Shown: positions 10,055 to 22,851 of the stretch, in pieces
Numbering within the stretch: position 1 is the first letter of the stretch
How the letters are laid out: every line of letters starts with the position of its first letter
NCBI RefSeq assembly: GCF_041146345.1
Contig: NW_027191404.1
Location: 496,001-560,000, forward strand
DNA length: 64,000 nt
Source: Neodothiora populina
Taxonomy: Eukaryota
Direction of reading: 5' to 3'
Notes under the pieces: generated by a model
Databases searched by the model: none
Seen by the model: the letters and a program-made list of their open reading frames with translations, nothing else
Told to the model about the DNA's origin: nothing
Program-made: the position numbers and the translations under genes

Positions 10055-12779
10055 TGTGATTGTAACCTCCTATCAGGGATGAATGTGTATGTGAGTAATA
10101 GTCCTTGTGCTTGTGATAGGACAAGCTATGGATGTTGTGTATGTGTAGATGCGCGTGCTCCTCCTCAAAACAGGGCGCAGGGTGTATAAAGAGAGTGGAA
10201 GTGTGCTTGGTCCGTCGAAACGAGCTAAGCTTAACGAAAGTATGAGGCGTATATAAACGACCTCTTTGATATGGATAAGAGGAGGATAGATAATGCAAAG
10301 ATGGGATGGAATATTGAGGAATGTCCTCCACAGACGGGACTCGATACATATTTATCGACGTGGACGTTGCCCTTTCTGTCAACGGCGATTCCATATCGAA
10401 GCCACGGCTACTCCAGAAGCTCAGGCTGAATAAGTTCATGGTAGAGCCAGAACCCAGATGAGTCCACAAACGGTTGGTTTTTCGATCAAGATTCAGCGCC
10501 GGTGTTGGATTAGCGTAGAGTTTGATACCAATATGGTGGTGAAGACGGACGCTAGCCGCATGCGCAGCCGTTGACGGATCGAGCTTCCATGTGTCGCCCT
10601 GTGGAAGTCCGTGCATGTTCCTGAAAAGCGCGGGCCCAAAGCGTATCTTGTCCCGTTTCTCGTTCGAGCCTATCCTCTTTTGACCCAATGCTAAGAATGC
10701 GTGTCCGAGACATGAACAGTCCACTGGATTAGATCCTTCCATCTTTCAGCTGGGCCCGATGATGCTGGATCTAGGTCTCGTGCACAGTAGTGGTTGGCAC
10801 CACACAATCAAGTCCGCGATTATGAGTGTGCTGCTGCATTGATATTACATTGCACCACTGGCGCTTGTCAAAGCACGCCACATTCTGCATGTGGAGATTC
10901 CTTTACATCCAACTCAGAGAGTTGTAAAGTATGTTGTAGCGACGGGAGGGCTCAACAAATGAGGCGCCACCATAGCTTGTCGCTGAAAACATACCTTACT
11001 TTCTCAAGCAAATGCTGAACCCATGTCGAGGTTGTGGCCTGCTATTGAATAGCGGCACGTTCCCGAGCCTTGGTTATCCAGCCACAATGTCAGTCCGGTT
11101 CGGCACTACGATGATGCTGCACCTGAGAATGCCATGCTGACTCAAATGTCTCAATGCCACGTTCGCTCGGCGTAACAGTTTCTTCCCAGTTGCTTCCTCG
11201 AACCATAACACGATCGCGCGGCCAGACTTTAGAAGCTATTTCACTATCGCGTTAACTGTAAATGCTCAGCCTCGGCACTCACAACGGTTGGCATCCCTCC
11301 GTTACCTGTCCCTCGTGTCGCCGTTGATGGTGCTATCACGTCGCGGACCGTGAAGCCCAATCATAGCAGAGGTCTCGATTGCTAGTTGGGAGACTTTCGA
11401 AGCGAAAGATACGGCAGTACAGTACTGTACAGTACCACTCGTACATACGGGACGTCGTCTAGGATTTGTGCCTGCATGTGCGAACCTCCCGTCATCCCGT
11501 AAATTTTCCGACTGCCTCTTTCAACCGCACTACGAACTTGGCACATGCAGGTCCCTCGCAGAGCTAGCAGGGGGATTAGCATAAACCTTGGTTCGCTGAG
11601 AAATGCTGCATGTCTATTCTCGGTGAGCTTGCATGCATGTCTGCATGAACATGGATCCCATCCAATCCTATACACGATAGTTTTGTAGCACGGGAAAATC
11701 GATAAACATTGATGTTATAGCTTGAGCCTGCGGCACCCCAATAACCGGATTTCTTTGCTTGTATCGACCACCGTCTGCCGGAATTGACATCTCAATGGAA
11801 ATCAGAGTGCGATTACGGGAGCAGCGGCACTAAGTGACGCGACTGACTGGTGACTTCACGACACGACGCAATATAAGGCAAAAGTAATGCTGTACCTATC
11901 AATTTGTATCGCACATCTTTAGCGATCATGCACGAACAGTTGAATCTTCAGCTTAGGACTCTGGAGTCTAGCCAGGTGAGCATGGCCATCTCCTCCACGC
12001 GAAGATCTTTCTCTCCAGTGCTCCACTCTGGCTCAGCGCCGATCGCGTATTCGAGTTCGGTGCTCGTTAGTCTGGACTCGGTGAGTAGATGCACGGGACC
12101 CACATGCTCTATGATACGGTCCACGCTTGACGAGAAAAGATTAGTCCAAGGTCCTGCGGTAGATCAAGGTTGTACATTAGACTATTAAGCATACGCGAGC
12201 TGTATATAGTTCTCCTGTATAATTCAGGTTTTTCCATACATTTTGCTTTGTTGGCAGCGACTGGTGCTGCTCAACCGCCCCTTTATGCTCGCTTCAACCT
12301 CTACGCCTCTTTTGCACTAACACACCTCCCGCGCTCTAGTACACAGCTGCCAAAGGGACACCCGACGGTTTCGGCCGCGGCCGTGGAACTCAACGTTTGG
12401 ATCTCGGTCTAGCGAAGAGTGAGCTGAGGAGCGTGGGGAGATTGTTCATGTGGCTGTGGCGTGCTGAATACATCTTATCATATATCATAGCTACTATATC
12501 CCAGCAGAAGATAGGCAGCGCAGTTTTATGCAAGCATGTCTAGCGTCGGCTCGATAGGAGTGTTGTTTCCCTTCGCTGGGGCGACAAGGGGGATTTGGCT
12601 GGGGTCGCCCTATTTGCAACATTACGCTTTGATCGCGGGAATCGCAGTTGCTCAACGCGATGCCTACTCTGTCCAAAGACTCCTTCCCATCATAATTCTT
12701 CCATTGACTCAAGCTGTGAAGCATGCTCATACCTAAACAGTGCAACGTACTGTCGTTGCATGTGTCCGCCTGAAGCCGC

Positions 12780-13923
12780 TCAGTCGGCCAATCTAAAACA
12801 TTACGTCAGTTTGTCTCACAGAAGACTGGAAGAAACTCGCGTATCAGAGTAACATACCTATAGCTCACTAAAGTGTCCACGCGATGATTATTCGTGGAGA
12901 AGCTGCGTAATTGTACCTTCTCCGCGTCTTTGATCTCTCTGGGATCGCTGTCGCCCCATTCCAGCGGCACCTCGGAATCGGCATCCGCGTAGACCAGGAC
13001 GTTGAAAGTACAATTGCCGTCTAAAATGGGCAGGAAGGTCACCGATGCAGTGATCTGCCGGAAGATCGACTGGATCTCTTGCTGAACTTCAGATTCTGTC
13101 TTGTCATCCTTTGACTCGGTAGTTCTGACATGACATCAATGTTAAACACATCGCCGACACGCCCATATGGTTACACTTACGCAGCAGTGGCATTCTCCTT
13201 GTCCCCTGTCTTGGTTGATGATTTCTTGTCATCCGTCTTGCCGAAGATTTGTACCTGTCGTATGTCAGTATGAGCAGTAAGTCAGTGAGCTGACTGGTCT
13301 TGTACGTCAAATTGCCATCTCTCAAGATCTTCGCCTGTTTCTTTACTCGTAATTACGATCACAAGCTTGGATATCTTCGATTTCGTCATCCAGCGATTGA
13401 GCTGTGACATGATCTTCTTGATATATGCTTTCACCTGGTCATCTTGTGATACTGTGCAGGTCAGATTTTGGTCGGTCACGTATGTCAGTGATCGTACTTA
13501 CCCAGCATGTTCAATCCATACTTCTTGACGCTGGACAGATGTCAATATTTCGTCTTGCCTTACAAAGGTGTTCGCAATGACGTCTGGCATACGCTGTGAA
13601 ATCCTCAGGAGGGTACACTCCACGTTGAAATCTACAGATGAATTAGTTCTGGCACACTTGCTTCACTATAGACGTCCAACGCACAAGATTGTGTTGATGC
13701 AGTATTCAAACTACCAGTCGTTAGCGATGCATCGGTCTTCATTCTGGAAGGTCTTGCCACCCACAAATTCAGTGACTGTCTTGGATGAGCCTTGGATAGT
13801 GTCAGTATACAGAATTTTTGGTGTAGATTGAGGTTTTGAAGAGGACGTACCCTTTAATGCCAACTTGTGCGTGTCAGGCTGCTTCTTGTCCTTGCTGCTC
13901 TTGGTTTTCTTGGTCGTAGACAT
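12780..13923 (-). CDS. MAD2: Spindle assembly checkpoint HORMA protein Mad2; exons 13923-13851, 13790-13765, 13710-13685, 13631-13593, 13530-13502, 13451-13306, 13254-13181, 13124-12858, 12792-12780
   Basis: Spliced translation gives [31 protein letters not shown]...ERWQFDV...RQITASVTFLP...FNVLVY...SFSTNNHRVDTLVSY. All introns are GT-AG. Confidence 0.95.
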
Positions 13924-14365
13924 GGTGCCTGCTGCCTAGGAGCATTGAGCATCGACGCTTGCGGTATGTTTGACATGGCAACAAGACAAATAAACACACC
14001 TTGAAGAATACTCTGACGCCGCTCAAGGTGGTGGGAAAAGACCGAGCTTGTCTCTGTCTTTGGCTCTTACAACAACAAGATCACTAGCAGGAGAGTGGCG
14101 ATGTCAACGGTCTGGCAAATGTAGATGCGCTGTATAATGCTTGCGTTATAGGTACTGTAGGTGGTCAACTCATCGCAGGTGAACACAAAGCAGACCGGAG
14201 CTGAGCAACGCTGCACACTGCACAACGCGGAGACTCGGCCCGAGCTTTTGCAGAAGTCCGGCGTATCAGAGATGAGATTCTCAAGTTAAGCACGACTGAA
14301 TAGACACTACTTGCTATACCAACCTCTACACAGCATTCGTTCCATGCGCAACGAGTGTCGGACCC

Positions 14366-16433
14366 ATGCAAGCATGCTTCCGGACGACACATAGACGCTT
14401 TCGGGCCTCGTCTAGATGTACTAAAGGCGTCTTAGGCCCGTGGGCGGAATCACAGTCTGGCCTTGGCCTTGGCCTCTGGACACCCACGTCAAGGTTCTTC
14501 CAGTCCACTCCTCCGCTGTGCGCTCAGCCTGGAAAGGTGAAGACGGACCTGGAGAAGAGGATAGCGGCCATTCCAATCGAGCGCTTCCGGAACTTCTGCA
14601 TCGTGGCCCATGTCGACCATGGCAAAAGCACCCTCAGTGACCGCCTGCTGGAGCTGACCGGAACCATTCAGAAGGGCGGCCCGGCACAGATCATGGACAA
14701 ACTGGATGTGGAAAGAGAAAGAGGAATCACGGTCAAGGCGCAGACATGCACCATGATCTACAGTCACAAGGGGGAGGACTATCTTTTGCATCTGGTTGAC
14801 ACTCCGGGCCACGTCGACTTCAGAGCCGAAGTGTCTCGAAGCTACGCCAGTTGTGGTGGAGGTATGCAGCTATCTTTCTGCTTAGGATATCATTGCATCG
14901 ACTAATGCGCGCGTAGCAATATTACTTGTCGATGCCAGTCAGGGTGTCCAGGCACAGACGGTCGCCAACTTCTATCTTGCCTTCTCGCAGAACTTGACTC
15001 TCATGCCCGTGCTGAACAAGATTGACCTTCCTCATGCAGACACTGAGAGGACTCTCGAGCAATTGCGAGAGACGTTCGAACTTGACACCTCCAAAGCAGT
15101 CTTGGTTTCTGCTAAATCCGGTATCAACGTCGAGGCATTATTGCCAAACGTCATCGATCAGATACCTGCACCAGTCGGCGACTCGACTAAGTCATTGAAG
15201 ATGCTACTTGTCGACTCGTGGTATGATAATTACAAGGGTGTCATACTGCTAGTACGCATCTTCGAGGGTCGGATCAAGCCTGGGGATCACGTCACATCTT
15301 TCGTCACGGGTTTGAAATACTACGTTGGTGAAGTGGGAATCATGTACCCATTTCAGACGCCACAGACGGAGCTGCGGGCAGGCCAAGTTGGCTACGTCTA
15401 TTTCAACCCCGGCATGAAGCGGTCCAAAGAAGCCAAGGTTGGAGACACATACACAACTGTGGGCTCGGAGAAACTCTTAGAGCCTTTGCCAGGCTTCGAA
15501 GAGCCGAAATCGATGGTCTTTGTGGCTGCATTCCCGGTAGATCAAAGCGATTACGAACACCTCGAAGACAGCATAAACCAAGTCATGCTCAACGATCGTA
15601 GTGTCACGGTTCAGAAAGAGTCATCAGACGCACTTGGTGCCGGCTGGCGTCTCGGCTTTCTCGGCACCTTGCACTGTTCCGTATTCGAAGACCGTCTTCG
15701 CCAGGAGCACGGTGCCAGTATCATCATCACCCCGCCCTCTGTTCCGTTCAAAGTCATCGACAGAAATGGAGGAGAGACCATCATCACCAACCCGAATGAT
15801 TTTCCCGAGGGTGAACATTTACACCAGAATGTAGCTGAACTGCAAGAGCCGTACGTCTTTGTCACGGTAACCTTACCCGAGGAATACCTCGGCAAGGTCA
15901 TCGAGATCTGCGAGGCAAGCAGAGGCGAGCAGGTGGAGCTCACTTTCTTCACAGCCACCCAGGTCATCTTAAAGTACGAGCTTCCTCTCGCGCATCTGGT
16001 TGATGATTTCTTTGGAAAGCTCAAGGGAGCGACAAAGGGCTACGCCTCGCTTGATTACGAAGACGCGGGATGGCGAAGATCCAATATACAGAAGCTACAG
16101 TTGCATGTCAACAAGGTGCCTGTCGATGCCGTCGCGCGAGTTGTGCATCACAGCCAGGCTGAAAGAATAGGAAAGCAATGGGTCACCAAGTTCAAGGAAC
16201 ATGTGGATCGTCAGATGTACGAGGTGGTCATTCAGGCTGTAGCCGGAAAGCGTGTCGTTGCTCGCGAGACGCTCAAGGCCTTCAGGAAAGATGTGTTGCA
16301 GAAGCTCCATGCTTCAGATGTCAGTCGACGCAGGAAACTTCTCGAAAAGCAGAAGGAGGGCAGGAAGAAGCTCAGGGCAGTCGGGAACGTCACGATTGAC
16401 AACAAAGCATTCCAAGGCTTCCTCGCTAAGTAG
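14366..16433 (+). CDS. GUF1: Mitochondrial translation factor GUF1 (LepA/EF4); intron 14862-14916
   Basis: [30 protein letters not shown] and the LepA C-terminus [10 protein letters not shown]; Arg-rich N-terminal presequence. Confidence 0.96.
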
Positions 16434-16680
16434 GCATTGATAGAACACTGTATATTACCTGTATAGATGATACAGAGAGCCCATTAATAATTAGGGGTTG
16501 TAGCAGCGACAACATAATTAAGGTATATGATACGGAGTCTACAACATTCGATTTGCAGTAGCAATCACGCCGGTGGACTGTTCGGATCAGCAGAGCCGCA
16601 AAGCCGCGATCATCCGAAGGTACCCGTCCATATCACGACGTCAGAGATGTAATCCTTTGCGCGCGCAGTTATAACTGGCA

Positions 16681-19216
16681 ATGCAAATTGATTTCTGTGA
16701 GGGCGTATGTTTCCGTAGAGTTCAGCAAAGCGCAATAATGCGAGCCACGCCGAAGACGTCGTCACTAACAAGCAAAAGTACTGGCTTCGAAGCCGCATTT
16801 GTTCTATGGACTATATTTGCTTCCGCACAACAATATCGCCAAGGAAGGACTACCGTCGCGGCCTTCTTACAGCCTTTATGGTTTTATAGAGTCAAGAAGC
16901 ACGATCGAACAGCATTGACAGACGTACTACTCTTGATCGGACTGCACACCCTTTGTAATGGATTACCGACATTGCAAGACTTGTGGAACTTCTTGCTTCC
17001 ACCATGGGTACTGGAACAGCGGATCGTGGAACTTCAGATCTTCGGCATGATCTCCGTCATGGTCTTGCTCGCCGGAGCCATTGTATACCGTGGAGAGGAC
17101 CGCCGTGAGATCAAAACAAAGTCATCTACCTATGTCCTCGCTCCAGTGTCTTTTCTGTCTGTCGCAATATGCTTGTGGCTGAATAATGTACGTTCTACTC
17201 ATGACCTTTTACGGCTCGCAGTACCTTTGTGGGTCATCGAAGAGAGACACATGGAGCTGAGGACCCTGTTCATGGTTCTTCTCATGGTCTTATGCGCAGG
17301 TATTATCGTCTGGCGAGGTGATGAGAAACCTCACATCCGCTTCGCAGGCGCAGACTGCCCGTTTCCGGAAAAGTATCCCCTGCCTCCAGCACTGATACCT
17401 GGTCGCACCGCCCATACGCGTTTGTTCCCTCAGAAGCACTCTTTCCAGTACTCGTATCTGTCTGTCGGCATTCCAGTTGGTTGGACCGGGTGTGCAGGTT
17501 CGGTTCTGTCGTGCGATGTGGAGCATATGCCCTCCTCGAAACGACGCAGGGGTTGGTTCGACGTGTCCGCAGACGACTTCTTGACCAGAGGGAGTCATGT
17601 TTGCCTCGAACACAAGCTTTCACATTACTTGCATAAGCAGGTATGTTACTATTTTTTGTCATATTGGATCCGCTGCTTTAGGCCATGCTGGCATCTCGAA
17701 GACACATGCAACGCTCCAATGCTCCTGAAGCTACGTCTTGTACTACTTGCTATATATGGGAGATCAACATGTTTCCCACGGCAGACAGATGTCCCCACAT
17801 TGCCAGCAGCTCACACAAAATGCACCATATTCGTGTCCATCTAATGGTGCTGACCACTCTCAGGGAGTTTCTGATGACGACTGGTCCTTTGCCTATCTCG
17901 TCACGGCACCCCGATTCCTTGGCTACTCTTTCAACCCCGTCTCATTCTGGTACATCTACGATTCGGAATCGAATTTGACGATGATGATACTAGAAGTCAA
18001 CAACACGTTCGATGAACGTCGCATGTATCTACTTAAGGCCCCTCCCGTGCCGTCGAAATTCGACGAGTACTTTCCAGTAACCGGGCTCAACTTCACCAGT
18101 GCATGGCAAAAAGATTTCCACGTTTCACCTTTCAACGACAGAGAAGGAACCTACAGTCTCACAGCTACCGATCCTATCGCTACTTTCAGATCCAAGAATG
18201 GCAAGCCCATCATCGATAACCAGATTATCCTCAAGACGCCTGAGGGGGCGACAAAACTTGTTGCCCGTGTCTTCTCCAGCGATCTGAAGGATGCAAACAC
18301 AATCACCAATTCTGATCTAGCTCTGTTCTTGGCCCGCTGGTTCTGGGTTGGTTTCGTGACATTTCCTCGAATCCTGCTTCAAGCATTCAAGCTTCACTTC
18401 CGCAAGCATCAGCCTGTATGGTTCAGGCCGGAGGTATTACCTTCCAGTATATCCCGTGCTGCCACTCCAGAAGAGACCATCATCGAGGCCTGCTTTCGTG
18501 CATGTATCCAAGATCTTGTCTCCAATCATAAAGACAGGCCCTTGCGCGTGGGGTATGAGCCACCTGAGGGAATGGGCCACCATCACTCTTTCGTCGGTCA
18601 AGGACGGACTACTGTCGACGAAGCAGACGAGCCAGACGCTGTCGTGCGTGTTTTGGCACCTTCTTTCTACTCGCGATTCGTGCACTATCCTTCCATAAGA
18701 GAAGCATTTGATCGTGAAGGATTAGCCACGGACGAGAAGAACAGGACTATCATCATCGAAAAGGCCACTGCGTTACATGATCTACTGTCTTCTTCATCCT
18801 CTCCGGTCGCGCCGTCAGAAGTGGCAAAGAACAGCCCGAGAATAAGCCTCACAGAGCGCATAAGATGGGAACTCCTAGCCACGCTGCGCTGTCCGCCACC
18901 AGCCGTATCATATGCGACCACCTCGACCACCAGCTCGGATACATCGTCAATACAAGACACCCGGGCCCTGCCATCGAGAACACCACTCGATCTCTTTGTT
19001 CAAGAACACTGCCATGAAGAAAAAGGCCACTATGTGCAAGCTGTCATCCGCCTCTTCCTGGCTGAGAGGTTCTTGGGAGGGTTCACTCCTCTCTTAGGAC
19101 TTGTCGACCTGATCATCCGATTAGCGATCATGGTGTTATTGGGCGCTTTTGTGAGCGGTAATTGGGGGTCTGCGTTCTCGGCGCTCAATCTGTGGGCGGA
19201 GGTCAAGGGGCTGTAG
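16681..19216 (+). CDS. DUF1365-domain membrane protein; intron 17641-17863; start codon uncertain
   Basis: HTRLFPQKHSFQY, PRFLGYSFNPVSFWY, LEVNNTFDERRMY and KDFHVSPFN are typical DUF1365 motifs. The GTATGT...GCTGAC...CAG intron joins the two ORFs in frame. Confidence 0.85.
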
Positions 19217-19521
19217 ATTGGAAGAGATGGTAACGTATGTTGTTTTCATACTGAAGGTTGGAGCGATGAATAAGGGAAGATGAAGATGAGATGAGGGAGG
19301 TACCTCCGCCCTCGAGTTTACACAAACGCGCTTATATGATATATCCTCCAAGAATCGATGGAACAACCACTAGAATGCAAAGGAATTTCGAACATGTACA
19401 GATCGTCTTCACGGATCCAAATTCGAGCCCAATCAACTCCTTATTGACAGCAAGAAGAAAGGAAAAGCATGTGCAAAAAGCATGTGCAAAAAGCACAGTA
19501 ATGCTCTACGCCACGCGGATG

Positions 19522-19545
19522 ACAACAACAACAACAACAACAACA
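19522..19545. repeat. (ACA)8 microsatellite
   Basis: Read directly from the sequence. Confidence 0.9.
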
Positions 19546-20844
19546 AGGGCATTTCATGTCCATGATCGCCATCTCTACTTCACTCGATAACCTCGCTATA
19601 TAATGATCGTAACAATCACTACCGAGAAAATCATATATCTACTGTATGATGTTTCTACATATCTATCCGACCATATCCATCGGGTGTCTAGACTACAACA
19701 GTAGAAAATCCAGAGGGCAACCCTGTCCTGTCCTGTCCTCTTTACCCCTCCAGCTCCTTCCGACCTGATACCTGCTTCCGACTTGATCGACATGCAAGGC
19801 CGTGACGATAGTGAAATGTTCCAATGCTCTTCTTCCGTATCTTGGTTGATAGTTATCTAGTCGGTCTTGATATCTGTTGCGTGGGTATGTGAGTTCAGAG
19901 AGGGAAATGTCGTGAGGATTGGCGTGGCTTATCGGAAGGTCACTGGCGGACGGTAGTGTGCAAGTACTGTATATATATGGTACATATCCGTCTACGCACT
20001 ATCCATCGACTAATATATCCCGAGGACACGACACGACCAAACACACAAGCACCACAGGCTCAGGGGAGAGACCATGGAAGATGAACAAGAAAAAACCAAA
20101 CAAAGAACTCCACAGAAACAGGCACAGAAGATGCACAAAATCGTCGGAAAACAGTGTGCATAGAACCAAAGCAGGTAAGATTAGATGCATGCCCATGCCC
20201 ATACCTTGCTTGCCTGTCGATCCGATATTCCCGTTTCTTTTCCACTTTCGGACGGACGGATGGATAAAGTCGGCTGAACCAGGAAAAGCCATGGGCCTGC
20301 ACATACCCACATACCTGTAAATCGAGAAGGAACGCGAAGAAAGAAAAAAAGACAAGCGGAGAGTGGCAAGAAAAGAATGAGAGGGGAGAAGGAGGAGGAA
20401 AGAGAAGCCGCCGCATCATTCTTTCATCCTTTCACCTCCTGATCTGTTCTTTTCCACCGTCTGGTCTTCCTATCGTAGTCCCTTTGTTTATCGCCCTTAA
20501 CATAGTCGACTGCGCCCGTGTTTGAATTATCTTATCTTGTGACATGAGAGAGATTGGAAAAGAAAATTGATACCGCGGCAGACAACGTTCGCAACGTGAG
20601 GACCGAGGGCATGCAGTCCCCTCGGCCCCCAAAAGCTACAAGCACGAGAATTCCTGCCCCCTTCCATGAGCCGTCCTGAAAGATACAAAGTGCTATAAAC
20701 CGCAGCTCTATTTTTCTCTCTTATGCATGTGATGAATAACCACCATCCCAGTGCCAGTGATAGAGATCAAAACAAGCTCAAGACCGACCAAAGAAGCCAA
20801 AAATTTCGCAGAAAGAGAAAAGGGCTAGAGAAAAAGACAATCCT

Positions 20845-22851
20845 CTAGAGATCGTCCTCGAGGAATTTGTAGGCAAACTTGAAATCTGCCTTCCTGCGAT
20901 TCATCCTAGGCGAAAAGTCAGTTCATCGTTCAAGACGCAACAAGAAAAGAAGGACGTACCACGTAGACTCATAGTCAAAGAATCGATACGTGCCCTGCTC
21001 GTACTCCTCTGTGATGTTCTTGGGCTCCTCATGTCGCTGGAACCAGGTCTGATATTGCTTGTGGAAGCGCCACGATTGCGACTTGAGAGCCTTGGCGGCG
21101 CAATATTGTTGATAGGTGCCCTGGCGGTAGTAGAAGGCGTAGAAGAGCGTGTCAGTGTCGATGCGACTGTAGAGTCGCTCGTCGTTGAATATGGGAAGCG
21201 GCTCCTGCGGGTAGTGCGAGGGCGTGTAGTTGTACGGTGATTGCGGCTTGTAGTGGAAGGGTTTCTCCGCGTCTGCTGGTGACGGGCAACATATCCTTGA
21301 GGCGGCAAGCATACGTTCGTCGATGGGCTGGTGTGAGTCGACTCGAGACTTTGTGGCATTGAATGACTCTAGAAGATCATCCAACGATGAAGGCAGGTGA
21401 TAAATAGACTCGTCGTCATCGTGATCCGCTGTCTTGGCGGCATCGCCATTGGTGAGAGCAACTCCCGAATCTGTCGGTTGCTGTGACGGCGTATTATTGG
21501 AAGGAGCAGACTTGTCTGTCGGGGGCGGTCGCGCCACAGGGTCTTGGCTGACGGGCGATTCGGTGGGCGGTGCAGGTGCCGGTGCCGTGGCGGGCGCAGA
21601 CGTAGCAGCAGTGGCGGCAGGTGCAGATGCAGATGCGGAGGCAGGAGCGGGCGTGGGCGCGGGTGATCTCGTCAATGCTTCCGAAGGCTTGGCGGGCTGC
21701 GGTGAGGGTGAGGGATGTACTGTAGCCGGTAACGACGGGGTGGTGACGGGAGAGGCGGTCGAGCTTTGACGATTCGGCGCAACACCAGGTGGCGGTGGTA
21801 AGGGAGCAATGCCAAGCCCGTTCTTGTCGCTGGCTGCGGCGGCGGCGGCAGCTGAGGCATACTTGAGCGGCTGCCCCGTAGGTATCGTCGGTAACGGAGC
21901 AGGCTTCATGGCTGTATGAGAAGGGCCATTGGAGGTGGTGGGTGTCGACGTGTTGAGTGTTGCCAGTGCGGGTAGTGGAGATTTGAGCTGCACAGAGGGT
22001 CTTCGCGCAGCTGCAGCGGCGGGCTCGTTTTTCTTATTACTCGGTAGACTCGAGGTCCTGGGGTTGTCGTTTGTTTCTGTCGTGTCGTCCTGTATCGAGT
22101 GTGCATCCTGCGAAGACATGCGATCGGCGTCGCCGGTCATTCCGAAGTTCTCTTCTTCTGCATCGAGGCTCAGATCATCGTAAAAGGTGTCGTCCTCGGC
22201 GAAATCCACTTCCTGGTTGTTTTCCACGTAGTATTTGATGCTGTCTTCAATGTCCTTGACGGGATCCATATCCAGACTGTCGTTTTCCAGCAGGCGCAAT
22301 ATCAACTCGAGCTTCGTCTGATGCCATTTGTGCGTTTCGACTCTCTCGCCGAGCTCAGCTATGCGTTCCGCCTTGGCCGTGTCCTTTTTCTTCTTCATTG
22401 TCGCCTGCAGATTCTCGGCTTCGGCCTCGAACGTCTCGATTTGTCGCTCGAGCTCCTCGACCGTGTCGGACAGGAAATTGCACATGTTTTGTTTCTCCTG
22501 CTCCCTCGGGTCCAGTTTGGCGGCGGCGGACAGACCTTCCTTGGAGAAGGCTTTCGTCTTCATCTCCTTCTCGACCGCCTTGAATTTCTCCATGCATGTC
22601 TCGATGGCTTTGCGTTTGTCGAGCAGAGGTTTCTTGTCCTTGATGTCGTTTTGAGCAGCCCAGGCCTTGATGGTATCTCGCGACCGCTGCAGCTTCTTGA
22701 TTTCTCTTTTGAGTGTTTCCTCTTGCTTGTCTCGTTGCGATTGATTCGTGGACAGCATGAGTTTCTCGTAGATGCCCTCGAATTGCACAATGCCTTCGTC
22801 GACCTTTTTGAAGGTCTTGTCCATCTCCTGTTGCAGCTTCCTGGCCGCCAT
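20845..22851 (-). CDS. NOT3: CCR4-NOT subunit Not3/Not5; intron 20959-20906
   Basis: N-terminal Not3 domain (MAARKLQQE...LKREIKKLQR...MEKFKAVEKEMKTKAFSKEGL) and C-terminal NOT box (DTLFYAFYY...SWRFHKQYQTWFQRH...FDYESTWMNRRKADF). Confidence 0.95.
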
